A stretch of DNA of 64,000 nucleotides, taken from the NCBI GenBank assembly GCA_040386535.1, contig JAZKFH010000015.1:96001-160000 (forward strand). The letters are read 5' to 3'. Below the pieces are notes generated by a model that had not been told where the DNA came from, made no database searches, and saw only the letters and a list, made by a program, of their open reading frames with translations. Position 1 is the first letter of the stretch; every line of letters begins with the position of its first letter. This stretch comes from Myxococcota bacterium. GTDB taxonomy: Bacteria; Myxococcota_A; UBA796; SXON01. Positions 28,316 through 37,200 of this stretch are shown piece by piece. Made by a program: the position numbers and the translations under genes.

Positions 28316-29071
28316 ATGAGCATCCGCCTCGATCACCTCGGCCACAGCGGGCTCCGCGTCCAGATCGGCGGCGCGACCCTCGCCGTCGACGCCCCGGTGC
28401 GCGTCGACGATCCGCTCGTGGTCACGTGGACCGAGCGTGAGCGCGTGGCCGGCGCCGTCGCGCGTGGCAAGGGCACGGGCGGGATCGCACTCGCCGCCGC
28501 GCCTCCGGTGCTCGCCTGGCTCGGCCTCCCGGGCACCGTGCTCGGTGAGACCTGGCCCACGTCGTTCCACGGCTTCCTCCTCCAGGCCCGGCCCTTCACC
28601 CCCATCCCCTACGCCACGGCGCCCGAGGCGCTCCGCAAGCTGTGGTCGGCCGTCCGTGCCCCGACACGCGCCGCGTCGCGGGTCGCGTTCACGCTCGGTC
28701 GCCCCTCCACGCCGCCCCTCGCGCTGACGATCGAGCGTGGCGGCGTGCGCGTGGCCCTGCTCTCCCAGGCCCTCCATCGTTTTCTCGCCCCTGCCGACCT
28801 CGCGGCGCTCGTGCTCTGGGCCGGCCCCGTCGATCTCGTCGTCGCCGGGACCGACTATGACGACGAGGCCGCCACCGGCGCGATGATCGGCGCCTTCGAC
28901 GCCCGCGTGCGCGTCGTCGCCGACCTCACGGGCTCGATCCGGCGCGCCCTCGGGCTGCCCGTCCGCCCGCTGGAGGTGGCGCTCCGCGCCGCGCCGCCGG
29001 GCACCCGTGCGCTCGAGGCGGGGGGCACCCTCGACGTGCCGAGGGATCTCGCCTCGGCGGCATCGAGGTAG
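28316..29071 (+). CDS. Degenerate MBL-fold-like hypothetical protein
   Basis: IRLDHLGHSGLRVQIGGATLAVD resembles an MBL N-terminus, but there is no HxHxDH. Confidence 0.55.
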   Translation: MSIRLDHLGHSGLRVQIGGATLAVDAPVRVDDPLVVTWTERERVAGAVARGKGTGGIALAAAPPVLAWLGLPGTVLGETWPTSFHGFLLQARPFTPIPYATAPEALRKLWSAVRAPTRAASRVAFTLGRPSTPPLALTIERGGVRVALLSQALHRFLAPADLAALVLWAGPVDLVVAGTDYDDEAATGAMIGAFDARVRVVADLTGSIRRALGLPVRPLEVALRAAPPGTRALEAGGTLDVPRDLASAASR

Positions 29072-29074
29072 CGC

Positions 29075-29434
29075 TCAGGCCTGCTCGATGTCCGCCGCCT
29101 CGATGTCCGCGGGGGACCACGGCGGCTCGAACACGAGCTCAACGGTGCCCTGAAAGCCGATCGACGCGACCGCTCGCTCGCACGCCGTCGTGAGCCATCC
29201 GGTGAGCGGGCACCCCGCGGTGGTGGGCGTGAGGCGGATCCGGGCCACACCGGCGAGCACGCTCACGCCACGGATCATGCCGAGGTGCACGATGTCCTTC
29301 CCGAGCTCGGGATCGATCACGCCCCGGAGCGCCGCGACCACCCGCCCGGCGTCGCCCTCCCCGCCGTAGATCGCGGTGGTCTCGGGCGCGTCGGTCCCGA
29401 AGAACAGGGCCTTCACGGTGTCGAAGATGCTCAT
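29075..29434 (-). CDS. DUF59 / SufT-like metal-sulfur cluster assembly factor
   Basis: VIDPELGKDIVHLGMI, TTAGCP, FEPPWSP. Confidence 0.88.
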   Translation of the reverse strand: MSIFDTVKALFFGTDAPETTAIYGGEGDAGRVVAALRGVIDPELGKDIVHLGMIRGVSVLAGVARIRLTPTTAGCPLTGWLTTACERAVASIGFQGTVELVFEPPWSPADIEAADIEQA

Positions 29435-29444
29435 CGTGCCTCCG

Positions 29445-30728
29445 TCATGCTCGTGTGCCAGCTCGTGTGCCAGGGAGCGCCACCGCCGCCCGCCACGCCA
29501 GGGCCGCGCGGGCCCCCGCGCCCATCACCGTGACCATGTGCAGCGCCGCGCCCACCGCGAGCAGCGCCGCGCCCGCGCGGGCCACGCCTTCGAGCGCGGC
29601 GGCGAGCCCGCCGACAAGCAGCGCCCCGCCCACCGCCGTCGCCGCGACCTGCGCCCATCCCGCGGGCGTGCTCGTCAACGTCGCGGGCGCCGGGCCGGGC
29701 CGCCCCGCCAACAAGTGCGCCCAGAGCAGGAACGGGACCACCCGGAGCGCCACGCCGTGCTGGAGCGGGAGCAGCCACGCCGCCGCCACCCCCGCGACCA
29801 GCGCCGGGCCCGTGAGCGCGCCCGTGGCCGCCCCGATGGCGACGCCCAGCAGCCCCACCAGCGCCAGCCCCGCCTGGGTGAGGCCCGGCCCCCGGGTCTG
29901 GAGAGTCGCCTTGGCGCGGGCACCGCCGATCAGCGCGTGGAGCAGGAGCCCGGCGGCGAGCGCCGCGCCCGCGGCCCAGAGCATCACCGAGCCCACCATC
30001 AGCCCGCCGAACCAGGCGAGGCCCGCGAGGACGAACGCGCCGGCGGGGGGCTCGCGCCCGAGCGCGAACATGGGCAGCAACAGCGCGCCGAGTCCGATCA
30101 CCCAGCCGCCGATCCACCCCACCGCGAGGAGCGCGACGTGGTGGCCCACCCCCCCGATCGGGTCGGCGAGCACGGGGTGTCCGAGCCGGCCCGCGTACAG
30201 GACCGTGGCGTAGCCCAGCCCACCCCACAGGCACCCCTCCGCGGCGAGCAGCCAGAGCCGGATGCCGACGCGGCCGCGTGCGCCGGACAGCCCCCGCCAG
30301 AGCAGCGGGACGAGGCCCGCCGACCGCGTGATCAGCGCGCCGATGACGAGCAGCGCGCCGATCGCGCCCACCCATCGGGCGCCGGCCATGCCGATCCAGA
30401 GGAGCAGCGCGCCGAGGACCGCGGCGGGGCCGACGTGGCCGGCGAGCCGGGCCAACCCGGGCGGAAGGGGACGGGCCACCACGACCGGAGCGAGCTGCCA
30501 CCCCGCCCCGACCACCGGCAACACCAGCCCGCCGATCGCGACGAGGTGCACGCCGACCAGGAGGGACGGCCAGCCGTACCAGCCCGCGTTCAGCGGGGCG
30601 GCTCCCGCGATGACCGCCCAGCCCACGACCTCGGCGCCCAGGCCCGCGACCATCGGGATGGCCACGAGCCGGAGGGGGACGAGGGTGCCGATCGCAGCGA
30701 CGGGGGCGCTGTCAGGGGCGGCGGACAT
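29445..30728 (-). CDS. Polytopic membrane protein (about 12 TM) with His in TM segments, DUF2249-associated
   Basis: VHLVAIG...GAGWQLAPV, HHVALLAVGWIG...LLPMF, RVVPFLLW. Confidence 0.7.
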   Translation of the reverse strand: MSAAPDSAPVAAIGTLVPLRLVAIPMVAGLGAEVVGWAVIAGAAPLNAGWYGWPSLLVGVHLVAIGGLVLPVVGAGWQLAPVVVARPLPPGLARLAGHVGPAAVLGALLLWIGMAGARWVGAIGALLVIGALITRSAGLVPLLWRGLSGARGRVGIRLWLLAAEGCLWGGLGYATVLYAGRLGHPVLADPIGGVGHHVALLAVGWIGGWVIGLGALLLPMFALGREPPAGAFVLAGLAWFGGLMVGSVMLWAAGAALAAGLLLHALIGGARAKATLQTRGPGLTQAGLALVGLLGVAIGAATGALTGPALVAGVAAAWLLPLQHGVALRVVPFLLWAHLLAGRPGPAPATLTSTPAGWAQVAATAVGGALLVGGLAAALEGVARAGAALLAVGAALHMVTVMGAGARAALAWRAAVALPGTRAGTRA

Positions 30729-31494
30729 GGATCTCGACGCCGCCCCCTCGCGGACGCACGTCCCAGGTGAGCCCGCGCTCCACGAGCTTCGGGTAGAGCA
30801 GGGCGGGTTCGCGGGCGTGGATCACGCGCAGCGGCAGCGCCCCCGCGTCGAGCGCGGCGAGCACTCGGCGCATGGGCTCGGGGGGCGGGAGCCTGGAGAC
30901 GTCGATGCGCCAGCCCTCTCCTTCGCGCTCGGGCGCCGCGTCGGTGCTGTCCACGGCCTCTCCGGCCGCCTCGCCGCTCACCTCGCTGGCGCCGTGCCCA
31001 TGGGCGAACGAGACGAGGCACGCCTCGCCCTCCCACCGTGTCCAGCTGGCCCACCCCTGGCGCGCGAGCAGGCCTACGAGCGGCACCGGCTCGAACGGCG
31101 CCATCACGGTGAGCTGGCCGCCGGCAGGGAGGCTCCGGAGCGCGAGGAGGATGCTCGCCAATGGGTCCTCCCCGGCGTCGAGGAGCGGGCGCGCGTCGAG
31201 CACGGTAATGCGGGTGGCGTCGAACCAGCCGGGCGCGGGCGTGGGCGGCGGGCGCGCGACGGGCTCCGCGACGGGGATGGGGCGCCCTTCGGGGAGGTTC
31301 ATGATCGCGACGAGGGTGTCCACGTCGATCCCCACGATCCGCGCGGCGTCGGCCACGGTGGTGAGCCGGGGGAGGATGCGGCCGAGCACCGGGTGGTTGA
31401 GTCGGGCGAACGCGGGGTGGAGCGCGGGGAGGACCTCCCGGAGGGAGGGCCGCCGGGCGAGGGCGTCGGACACCCGGGTGGAAGCCGTGATCAT
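30712..31494 (-). CDS. DUF1858 plus tandem DUF2249 domain protein
   Basis: ITASTRVSDAL...F..L.HP.L...TVADAA; LDAR....GEDPL..I...APFEPVPL; IDVSRLPPPEPM...REP..LYP. Confidence 0.82.
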   Translation of the reverse strand: MITASTRVSDALARRPSLREVLPALHPAFARLNHPVLGRILPRLTTVADAARIVGIDVDTLVAIMNLPEGRPIPVAEPVARPPPTPAPGWFDATRITVLDARPLLDAGEDPLASILLALRSLPAGGQLTVMAPFEPVPLVGLLARQGWASWTRWEGEACLVSFAHGHGASEVSGEAAGEAVDSTDAAPEREGEGWRIDVSRLPPPEPMRRVLAALDAGALPLRVIHAREPALLYPKLVERGLTWDVRPRGGGVEIHVRRP

Positions 31495-31519
31495 GGGGAA
31501 CTCCGGAGAGCCCGCAATC

Positions 31520-31535
31520 TGCAAGACGCGGGCCA
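31520..31535 (-). promoter_or_regulatory. Sigma54 -24/-12 promoter for the DUF2249 unit
   Basis: Minus strand TGGCCC-GCGTC-TTGCA, followed by a GGAG SD and ATG 31494. Confidence 0.62.
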
Positions 31536-31677
31536 CCTCGTTTTTTCAGGCCCAAGGTCGATCTGCTCCAGCTTCCGCGGCCACCTCCGTTCGGCGGATG
31601 GGTTGGATGGCACACCCCGTGTGTGTCCTGGCCCCCGAAATCGTCGTTCGTAGCGGGAGGATGCCTTCGCGACGCTC

Positions 31678-31693
31678 TGGCACAGCCGTTGCT
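31678..31693 (+). promoter_or_regulatory. Sigma54 -24/-12 promoter for nirK
   Basis: TGGCAC-AGCCG-TTGCT, a consensus match 25 bp before the ATG. Confidence 0.8.
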
Positions 31694-31718
31694 TACGGAG
31701 CGACCGACCGGAGATTGA

Positions 31719-33242
31719 ATGACCAGGAACCTCTTCCGTACGCTCCCCCTCGCGCTCGTCCTCGTCGCGTGTCAGCCGACGCCGGCCGCGCCGGACGAGG
31801 CGACCACCAACGGGCTCGCCGCCATGCCCTCCACCGAGGCCCGCGCGCTCACCCCCGTCGGCGAGGCGATCCCGGCGGTGCTCACCCAGGCCCCGAACGT
31901 GCCGCCGCCCATCACGCGCAAGGAGCCCGCGAAGCTGGTGGTCAACCTCGAGGTCAAGGAGGTCACCAAGCCGATCTCCGAGGGCGTCGACTACGTGTTC
32001 TGGACGTTCGGCGGCGACGTGCCGGGGAGCTTCATCCGCGTGCGCCAGGGCGACACGGTGGAGTTCCACCTGAACAACCACCCCGACAACAAGATGCCGC
32101 ACAACATCGACCTGCACGCCGTCACCGGGCCGGGCGGCGGCGCCGCCTCGTCGTTCACCGCGCCCGGGCAGGCCTCCCAGTTCAGCTTCAAGGCGCTCAA
32201 CGCCGGCCTCTACGTCTACCACTGCGCCACCGCGCCGGTCGGCATGCACATCGCCAACGGCATGTACGGCCTCATCCTGGTCGAGCCGCCCGAGGGCCTC
32301 CCGAAGGTCGATCGCGAGTACTACGTGATGCAGGGCGACTTCTACACGGTCGGCAAGTACCGCGAGAAGGGCGTCCAACCCTTCGACATGCAGAAGGCGA
32401 TCGAGGAGAACGCGACGTACGTGCTGTTCAACGGCTCGGAGAACGCGCTCACCGGCGACAAGGCGCTCACCGCCAAGACCGGCGAGAGCGTGCGCCTGTA
32501 CATCGGCAACGGCGGCCCCAACCTCGTGTCGAGCTTCCACGTCATCGGCGAGATCTTCGACAAGGTCTACACCGAGGGCGGCACGCGGTTCCAGGAGAAC
32601 GTGCAGACCACGCTCATCCCGGCCGGCGGCGCCAGCATCGTGGAGTTCGTGGTGGACGTGCCGGGCACCTACGTGCTGGTCGACCACTCGATCTTCCGCG
32701 CCTTCAACAAGGGTGCGCTGGGGCTCCTCACCGTCACGGGTGACGAGGACAAGGCGCTCTACTCGGGCAAGGAGGTCGGCACCGCCTACCTCGCCGACAA
32801 GGCGCCGGGCGTCGCGGGCGCGAGCACCGGCGGGGCGCACATCGCCGACGCCACGACGGCCTCGGCCGCCGGCACGCTCTCCAAGGACGGCCAGATCAAG
32901 GCGGGCGGCGCGCTGTTCGCGGGCACCTGCTCCACCTGTCACCAGGCCGCCGGCACGGGCATCGAGGGCGTGTTCCCGCCGCTCGCCGGGTCCGACTTCC
33001 TCCTCGCGGACAAGTCGCGCGCCATCGGCGTGGTCGTCAACGGGCTCTCCGGCCCGGTGACGGTCAACGGGAAGGCCTACACCTCCGTGATGCCGCCGAT
33101 GAGCCAACTGAACGACGACGAGGTCGCCAATATCCTCACCTACGCGCTCAACTCCTGGGGCAACGACGGCGGCGTCGTCACCGCCGCCGAGGTGCAGAAG
33201 GTGCGCGCCACGACCCCGCGGCCCCCGGGCGCGGCGCACTGA
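31719..33242 (+). CDS. nirK: Copper-containing nitrite reductase with a C-terminal cytochrome c domain, lipoprotein
   Basis: [53 protein letters not shown]...FPPL...MP; LVLVAC. Confidence 0.96.
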   Translation: MTRNLFRTLPLALVLVACQPTPAAPDEATTNGLAAMPSTEARALTPVGEAIPAVLTQAPNVPPPITRKEPAKLVVNLEVKEVTKPISEGVDYVFWTFGGDVPGSFIRVRQGDTVEFHLNNHPDNKMPHNIDLHAVTGPGGGAASSFTAPGQASQFSFKALNAGLYVYHCATAPVGMHIANGMYGLILVEPPEGLPKVDREYYVMQGDFYTVGKYREKGVQPFDMQKAIEENATYVLFNGSENALTGDKALTAKTGESVRLYIGNGGPNLVSSFHVIGEIFDKVYTEGGTRFQENVQTTLIPAGGASIVEFVVDVPGTYVLVDHSIFRAFNKGALGLLTVTGDEDKALYSGKEVGTAYLADKAPGVAGASTGGAHIADATTASAAGTLSKDGQIKAGGALFAGTCSTCHQAAGTGIEGVFPPLAGSDFLLADKSRAIGVVVNGLSGPVTVNGKAYTSVMPPMSQLNDDEVANILTYALNSWGNDGGVVTAAEVQKVRATTPRPPGAAH

Positions 33243-34012
33243 TGGGCGGCGCCTGGGCGTTGGGTGCGTGGGTCCTCGTGGGGTGGGCGCTGGCCGCCCC
33301 CGCGGCGCGCGTGCCCGTCGGCCCCGGCGTGTACCGCCCCACCTACGCCCCCACGCCCGAAGAAGCGGCCGTTCCCGTGGCACGTTTCTTCCTGGCAACG
33401 ACCCCTGTCACGAACGCCGACTATGCCGTGTTCGTGACACGCGTCCCCAAGTGGGGCCGGGACACGATCGACCCGCTCTTCGCGGACGAGGGCTACCTCG
33501 GCGACTGGGCGTTTGCGGACGCGCCGGGCGCCACGGTCGAGCCCGCCGGGCCGGTCACGCGGGTGTCATGGTTTGCCGCCCGGGCCTATTGTTCGGCGTC
33601 GGGCGGCCGGTTGCCCACCGAAGCCGAGTGGGAGCTCGCGGCCGCGGCGTCGGGAACGAGCTTCGACGCCCGCCAGGACCCGGCGTTCGTCCAACAGCTC
33701 CTCGCCTGGTACGCCGTCCCGACCCCCGCGCGCCTTCCTCCCGTGGGGGAACGCGCGCCCAACCGATGGGGTGTGCGTGACCTGCACGGCCTCGTGTGGG
33801 AGTGGGTCGAGGACTTCAACGCGAGCCTCGTGAGCGTCGATGCCCGCGACGACAACTCCGGCGACGACCTGCGCTTCTGTGGCGCGGGCGCCGCGAGCGC
33901 CACCGATCCCGCCGACTACGCGAGCTTCATGCGTGTCGCGCTCCGCTCCTCGCTCGAGGCGCGCGCCACCGTCCGTACCGTCGGCTTCCGCTGCGCATGG
34001 AGTGCCCCATGA
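33242..34012 (+). CDS. Formylglycine-generating-enzyme family protein (NirV-like)
   Basis: PVTN, VSWFAA..YC...GGRLPTEAEWE, DLHGLVWEW, GFRCA; coupled to nirK. Confidence 0.87.
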   Translation: MGGAWALGAWVLVGWALAAPAARVPVGPGVYRPTYAPTPEEAAVPVARFFLATTPVTNADYAVFVTRVPKWGRDTIDPLFADEGYLGDWAFADAPGATVEPAGPVTRVSWFAARAYCSASGGRLPTEAEWELAAAASGTSFDARQDPAFVQQLLAWYAVPTPARLPPVGERAPNRWGVRDLHGLVWEWVEDFNASLVSVDARDDNSGDDLRFCGAGAASATDPADYASFMRVALRSSLEARATVRTVGFRCAWSAP

Positions 34013-34623
34013 CCCTGTTCTCCCTCCTCGTCACGCTCGTCGCATGTGCTCCCGAGGCGCCCGCTCTCGTCGAGGCGCCGGCCCCGGTCGAGGCGCTCCC
34101 CCCCGCGGTGGCGGAGGCGGCTCCGACGGGCGGCTCCGTCTACGCGCTCGACCTCGATCTCGTCGATCAAGCCGGCCGCACCGTGGCGCTCGACGCCCAG
34201 CGCGGGCACCCCGTGCTCCTCTCCATGTTCTACACGTCCTGCCCGATGGCCTGCCCGATGTTGATCACGGAGATCCAGTCCATCGAGGCCGAGCTCCCCG
34301 CCGCGCTCCTCGGCGGGGTGCGGGTGGTCCTCGTCTCGATGGACCCGGCGCACGACAATCCCGCCGCCATGGCCACCGTGGTGGACAAACACGGCCTCGA
34401 CGCGCGCTGGACCCTCGGCGCCGTGCCCGAGGGCGACGTTCGTCTCGTCGCGGCCACGCTCGGCGTGCGCTACCGGCCCCTCCCCGAGGGCGGCTACGCC
34501 CACACCTCCGTCATCACCCTGGTGGACGGCGAGGGCCGCGTGGTCGCGCGCTCCGAGGGGCGCGAGGGGCGGGAGGCGCTGGTGGCGGCGCTCGGACGCC
34601 TCGCCGGGGGAGACGGGTCGTAG
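34009..34623 (+). CDS. SCO1/SenC copper chaperone lipoprotein
   Basis: FYTSCPMACP, SMDP, HTS; ATGA overlap. Confidence 0.9.
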   Translation: MTLFSLLVTLVACAPEAPALVEAPAPVEALPPAVAEAAPTGGSVYALDLDLVDQAGRTVALDAQRGHPVLLSMFYTSCPMACPMLITEIQSIEAELPAALLGGVRVVLVSMDPAHDNPAAMATVVDKHGLDARWTLGAVPEGDVRLVAATLGVRYRPLPEGGYAHTSVITLVDGEGRVVARSEGREGREALVAALGRLAGGDGS

Positions 34624-34658
34624 GCGCACCGCCTCCCCCGCCTCACCGCCTCATCGCC

Positions 34659-35822
34659 TCAGCGCCGCATCGCCACCGGTCCGAACCGCCCCAGCCACAC
34701 GACGAACGCCGCGACGAGCAGCGCCGCGCTCGCTACGTACAGCGGCATCGTGCCGCCGGCCCAGCCGACCCACACCCGCAGCGCCGCCGCGAGCTGGGCG
34801 AGGACGATCACGACGGCGCCCGCGCGGCCGAGCAGCACGGGCAGGCCGCTGTGGCCGCGCACCACGCGCATGGAGATGCCGAACAGGAGCGTGACGATGC
34901 CGCCTACGAGCAGGGCGTGGGTGCCGACGGTCGGCGGCGCCCCCACCAGGTCGGCGAGCCAGGCGAGCGCCATCCATCCGAGGCCGAGGTGAATCACGCC
35001 GACCATCGGCGTGCGCGCGGCGGGCCAGGGGCGCCAGCCCCACCACTGCCGCACGAACACGACGAGGAGCCCGGCGGCGAACCACGCGGCGCAGGCGGGG
35101 AACAGCGCCTTGGCCCACAACAGCGCCGCGAGGGGCCCGAGGAACCAGCGCGTCCGCTTGCCGGTGTACTCGCCATCCCCCGCGACCGTGACCGCGCGAG
35201 CCGAGAAGAAGGGCAGCACGCGGTCGAGCACGGCGAGCGCCACCAGCGTCACGAACGGCCCGATGCCGAACGGGACGCCGCGCACGCCCGCGAGCAACGG
35301 GATCGGGTCGAGCGTGTGCAGGACGCTCCCGACGATCGCGGCGAGGAGCGCCGCGGGCAGGGCGGCGGTGGTGTCGTCCCAGCGCCGCTTCAGCGAGGCG
35401 CTCGCGATGGGAACCGCCCACCCGAGCGCCAGGACCCAGGGGAGCGCCACGAGGACGGCGCGCGGCTCCGGCGGGAGCACGGCGCGCCCGAACAGGAGCA
35501 GGCCCGCCGAGACGACCTGCGTTGCGAGGAGCCCCCACAACAGCGGCGCGCTCGGCATCGTGGCGTCGTTCTGGCGCGGGTAGGCGGTGAGCAGGAAGCC
35601 GAGGATGCCCGATCCGAACACGCCCCAGAGCATGAACCCCGCGTGGTCGGCGGGGAGGAGCCCGAGCGGCGTGCCCGCGAGTTGCGTCCCCCACGCGACG
35701 AGGCCGAGGATGGCGAGCGCGGCGGTGGTCGGGAAGAACAGCCGCCAGGACTCGAGCGCCTTCCGCGTCGGCGGGGTCGTTGGCGGGGTCGGCGGTGGTG
35801 TCGCCGGGGCCGGCGCGCTCAC
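34659..35822 (-). CDS. nnrS: NnrS family protein
   Basis: WRLFFP, HAGFMLWG...GFLLTA, RVLPFF, HLG..W, HALLVG, RVVRGHSG. Confidence 0.82.
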   Translation of the reverse strand: MSAPAPATPPPTPPTTPPTRKALESWRLFFPTTAALAILGLVAWGTQLAGTPLGLLPADHAGFMLWGVFGSGILGFLLTAYPRQNDATMPSAPLLWGLLATQVVSAGLLLFGRAVLPPEPRAVLVALPWVLALGWAVPIASASLKRRWDDTTAALPAALLAAIVGSVLHTLDPIPLLAGVRGVPFGIGPFVTLVALAVLDRVLPFFSARAVTVAGDGEYTGKRTRWFLGPLAALLWAKALFPACAAWFAAGLLVVFVRQWWGWRPWPAARTPMVGVIHLGLGWMALAWLADLVGAPPTVGTHALLVGGIVTLLFGISMRVVRGHSGLPVLLGRAGAVVIVLAQLAAALRVWVGWAGGTMPLYVASAALLVAAFVVWLGRFGPVAMRR

Positions 35823-36595
35823 GACACCACCCCGCCGACCGCGAGCACCGTGGCGCCGACCGCCCACGCGGCCTCGCCGAGCCCGATGCGACGGGCGTCC
35901 CGGGGCACCGCCGCCGGCCGGGTCGAGGCGATCCGGAGCGTGTAGACGAGGGGGACGAGGGCCACTTCGGCGTGCCCGGCCAGGAGGGCGACCGCGCCCC
36001 CGAGGGTGGCCAGGGCGCCGATGGTCAGCGGGCCGGCGGCCCAGGGCGTGCGGCCCGGCAGCACGCGCGAGAGCTGGCCGCGCACCCACCAGAGTCCGAT
36101 CACCTCCCAGGTGGCGATGGAGAGCGCTACCAAGGCCGTGGTGGCGAACGGTCCGCCGCCCGCGAGGGTGAGGCCCGCCGCGGCGCCGGCGAACCCGGCG
36201 ATGGCCGCGAGCTCGAAGAGGGTGACCGCGGGCACCTTGCGGCCCGTGGCCCCGTCGGCGATCGCCAGGGCGAGGCCTCCGCCGGTGACCAGCGCCGCCA
36301 GCGTGAGGATCCATACGCCGGGGGAGGGGACGAGCGCCAGCACGCCGACGCCGGCGAGGCAGCCCACCGCGGTGGCCCACCCCGCCTCGACGAACGCGCT
36401 CTTGCGCGCCGCGTTGCCCGCGCCGAACATCGCGAGGATGGCGACGACGCCGAGGCCGGTGGCGACGGTGGGAGCGAGCAGGGCCGCCCCGAGGAGCGGC
36501 GCGCCGGCCCAGCACCAGAGGCCGTGCTCACGCGGAAACAGCGCGCGGAGCTCCACGGGGCGGCTGGGAGCGCAGAGGAGGGTGTGCTCGGGCAT
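35819..36595 (-). CDS. YwiC-like membrane protein
   Basis: FPREHGLW near the N-terminus; RRIGLGE near the C-terminus; multiple TMs. Confidence 0.65.
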   Translation of the reverse strand: MPEHTLLCAPSRPVELRALFPREHGLWCWAGAPLLGAALLAPTVATGLGVVAILAMFGAGNAARKSAFVEAGWATAVGCLAGVGVLALVPSPGVWILTLAALVTGGGLALAIADGATGRKVPAVTLFELAAIAGFAGAAAGLTLAGGGPFATTALVALSIATWEVIGLWWVRGQLSRVLPGRTPWAAGPLTIGALATLGGAVALLAGHAEVALVPLVYTLRIASTRPAAVPRDARRIGLGEAAWAVGATVLAVGGVVS

Positions 36596-37125
36596 CACGC
36601 CCTCCCCATCGGGGCGCGCCGTTCGAGGAGCTCTTGCGTGATCTCGAAGCGATCCTCGGGCGAGAGCCGCGCGCACAGCGGAAAGAGCTCGTCCTCCTCG
36701 CGGGCGATGTGGGGGAGCAGGAGGCTGGAGAGGAAGCTCACGGCGACACGGAACGTGGTGTGCGGAACCGTCCCTTCCTCGGCGAGCGTGCCGAGCAGGG
36801 GCAGGAGCGTGGCGAGGCACGCATCGATCTGGCGGTGGTCGCGTTCGAGCTCGTCCAGCAGCGGCCCGCACTCCGGTGCCACGAGGCGCAGCCGCGGCGC
36901 GAGCGAGAGGTCCTCGTCGTCCGCGTGGAGCGGCAGGCCCTCGGCGAAGTAGCGGCGGGCCTGGGCGGCGGCGGCGGGCACCCGCGGATCGGAGAGGTCG
37001 GGCAGCGTGGCGATCCGGTGGAGGCCCGCGGTGAACATGCGGATGCGCTCGTGGCAGGCGCGAAAGGAGGCCGCGGGATCGGCGGGCGGGCGGGCCACGG
37101 GGGGCGCCAGGCGGGACATGGGCAT
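36595..37125 (-). CDS. Hemerythrin domain protein
   Basis: CHERIR, LPLHADDE, ERDH, HIAREEDELFP. Confidence 0.85.
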   Translation of the reverse strand: MPMSRLAPPVARPPADPAASFRACHERIRMFTAGLHRIATLPDLSDPRVPAAAAQARRYFAEGLPLHADDEDLSLAPRLRLVAPECGPLLDELERDHRQIDACLATLLPLLGTLAEEGTVPHTTFRVAVSFLSSLLLPHIAREEDELFPLCARLSPEDRFEITQELLERRAPMGRA

Positions 37126-37171
37126 CGGGTTGCTCCGGGGTGGGACACACGTCCCAGGGAGAGGGGACCTA

Positions 37172-37187
37172 TGCACGATCCACGCCA
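37172..37187 (-). promoter_or_regulatory. Sigma54-type -24/-12 element for hemerythrin-ywiC-nnrS
   Basis: Minus strand TGGCGT-GGATC-GTGCA in the 75-bp gap after norD. Confidence 0.5.
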
Positions 37188-37200
37188 CCGTGTCCGGGTG

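Noticed and set aside
29449..29472. TGGCAC copies as a sigma54 promoter for the DUF59 gene
   Set aside because: Neither copy has a correctly spaced -12 GC
31608..31623. Second TGGCAC upstream of nirK as a sigma54 promoter
   Set aside because: No GC at the -12 position
33242..34012. FGE-family gene as maturase for the sulfatase-like gene at 63149
   Set aside because: It is coupled to nirK like NirV, and the sulfatase-like protein has Thr, which cannot become formylglycine
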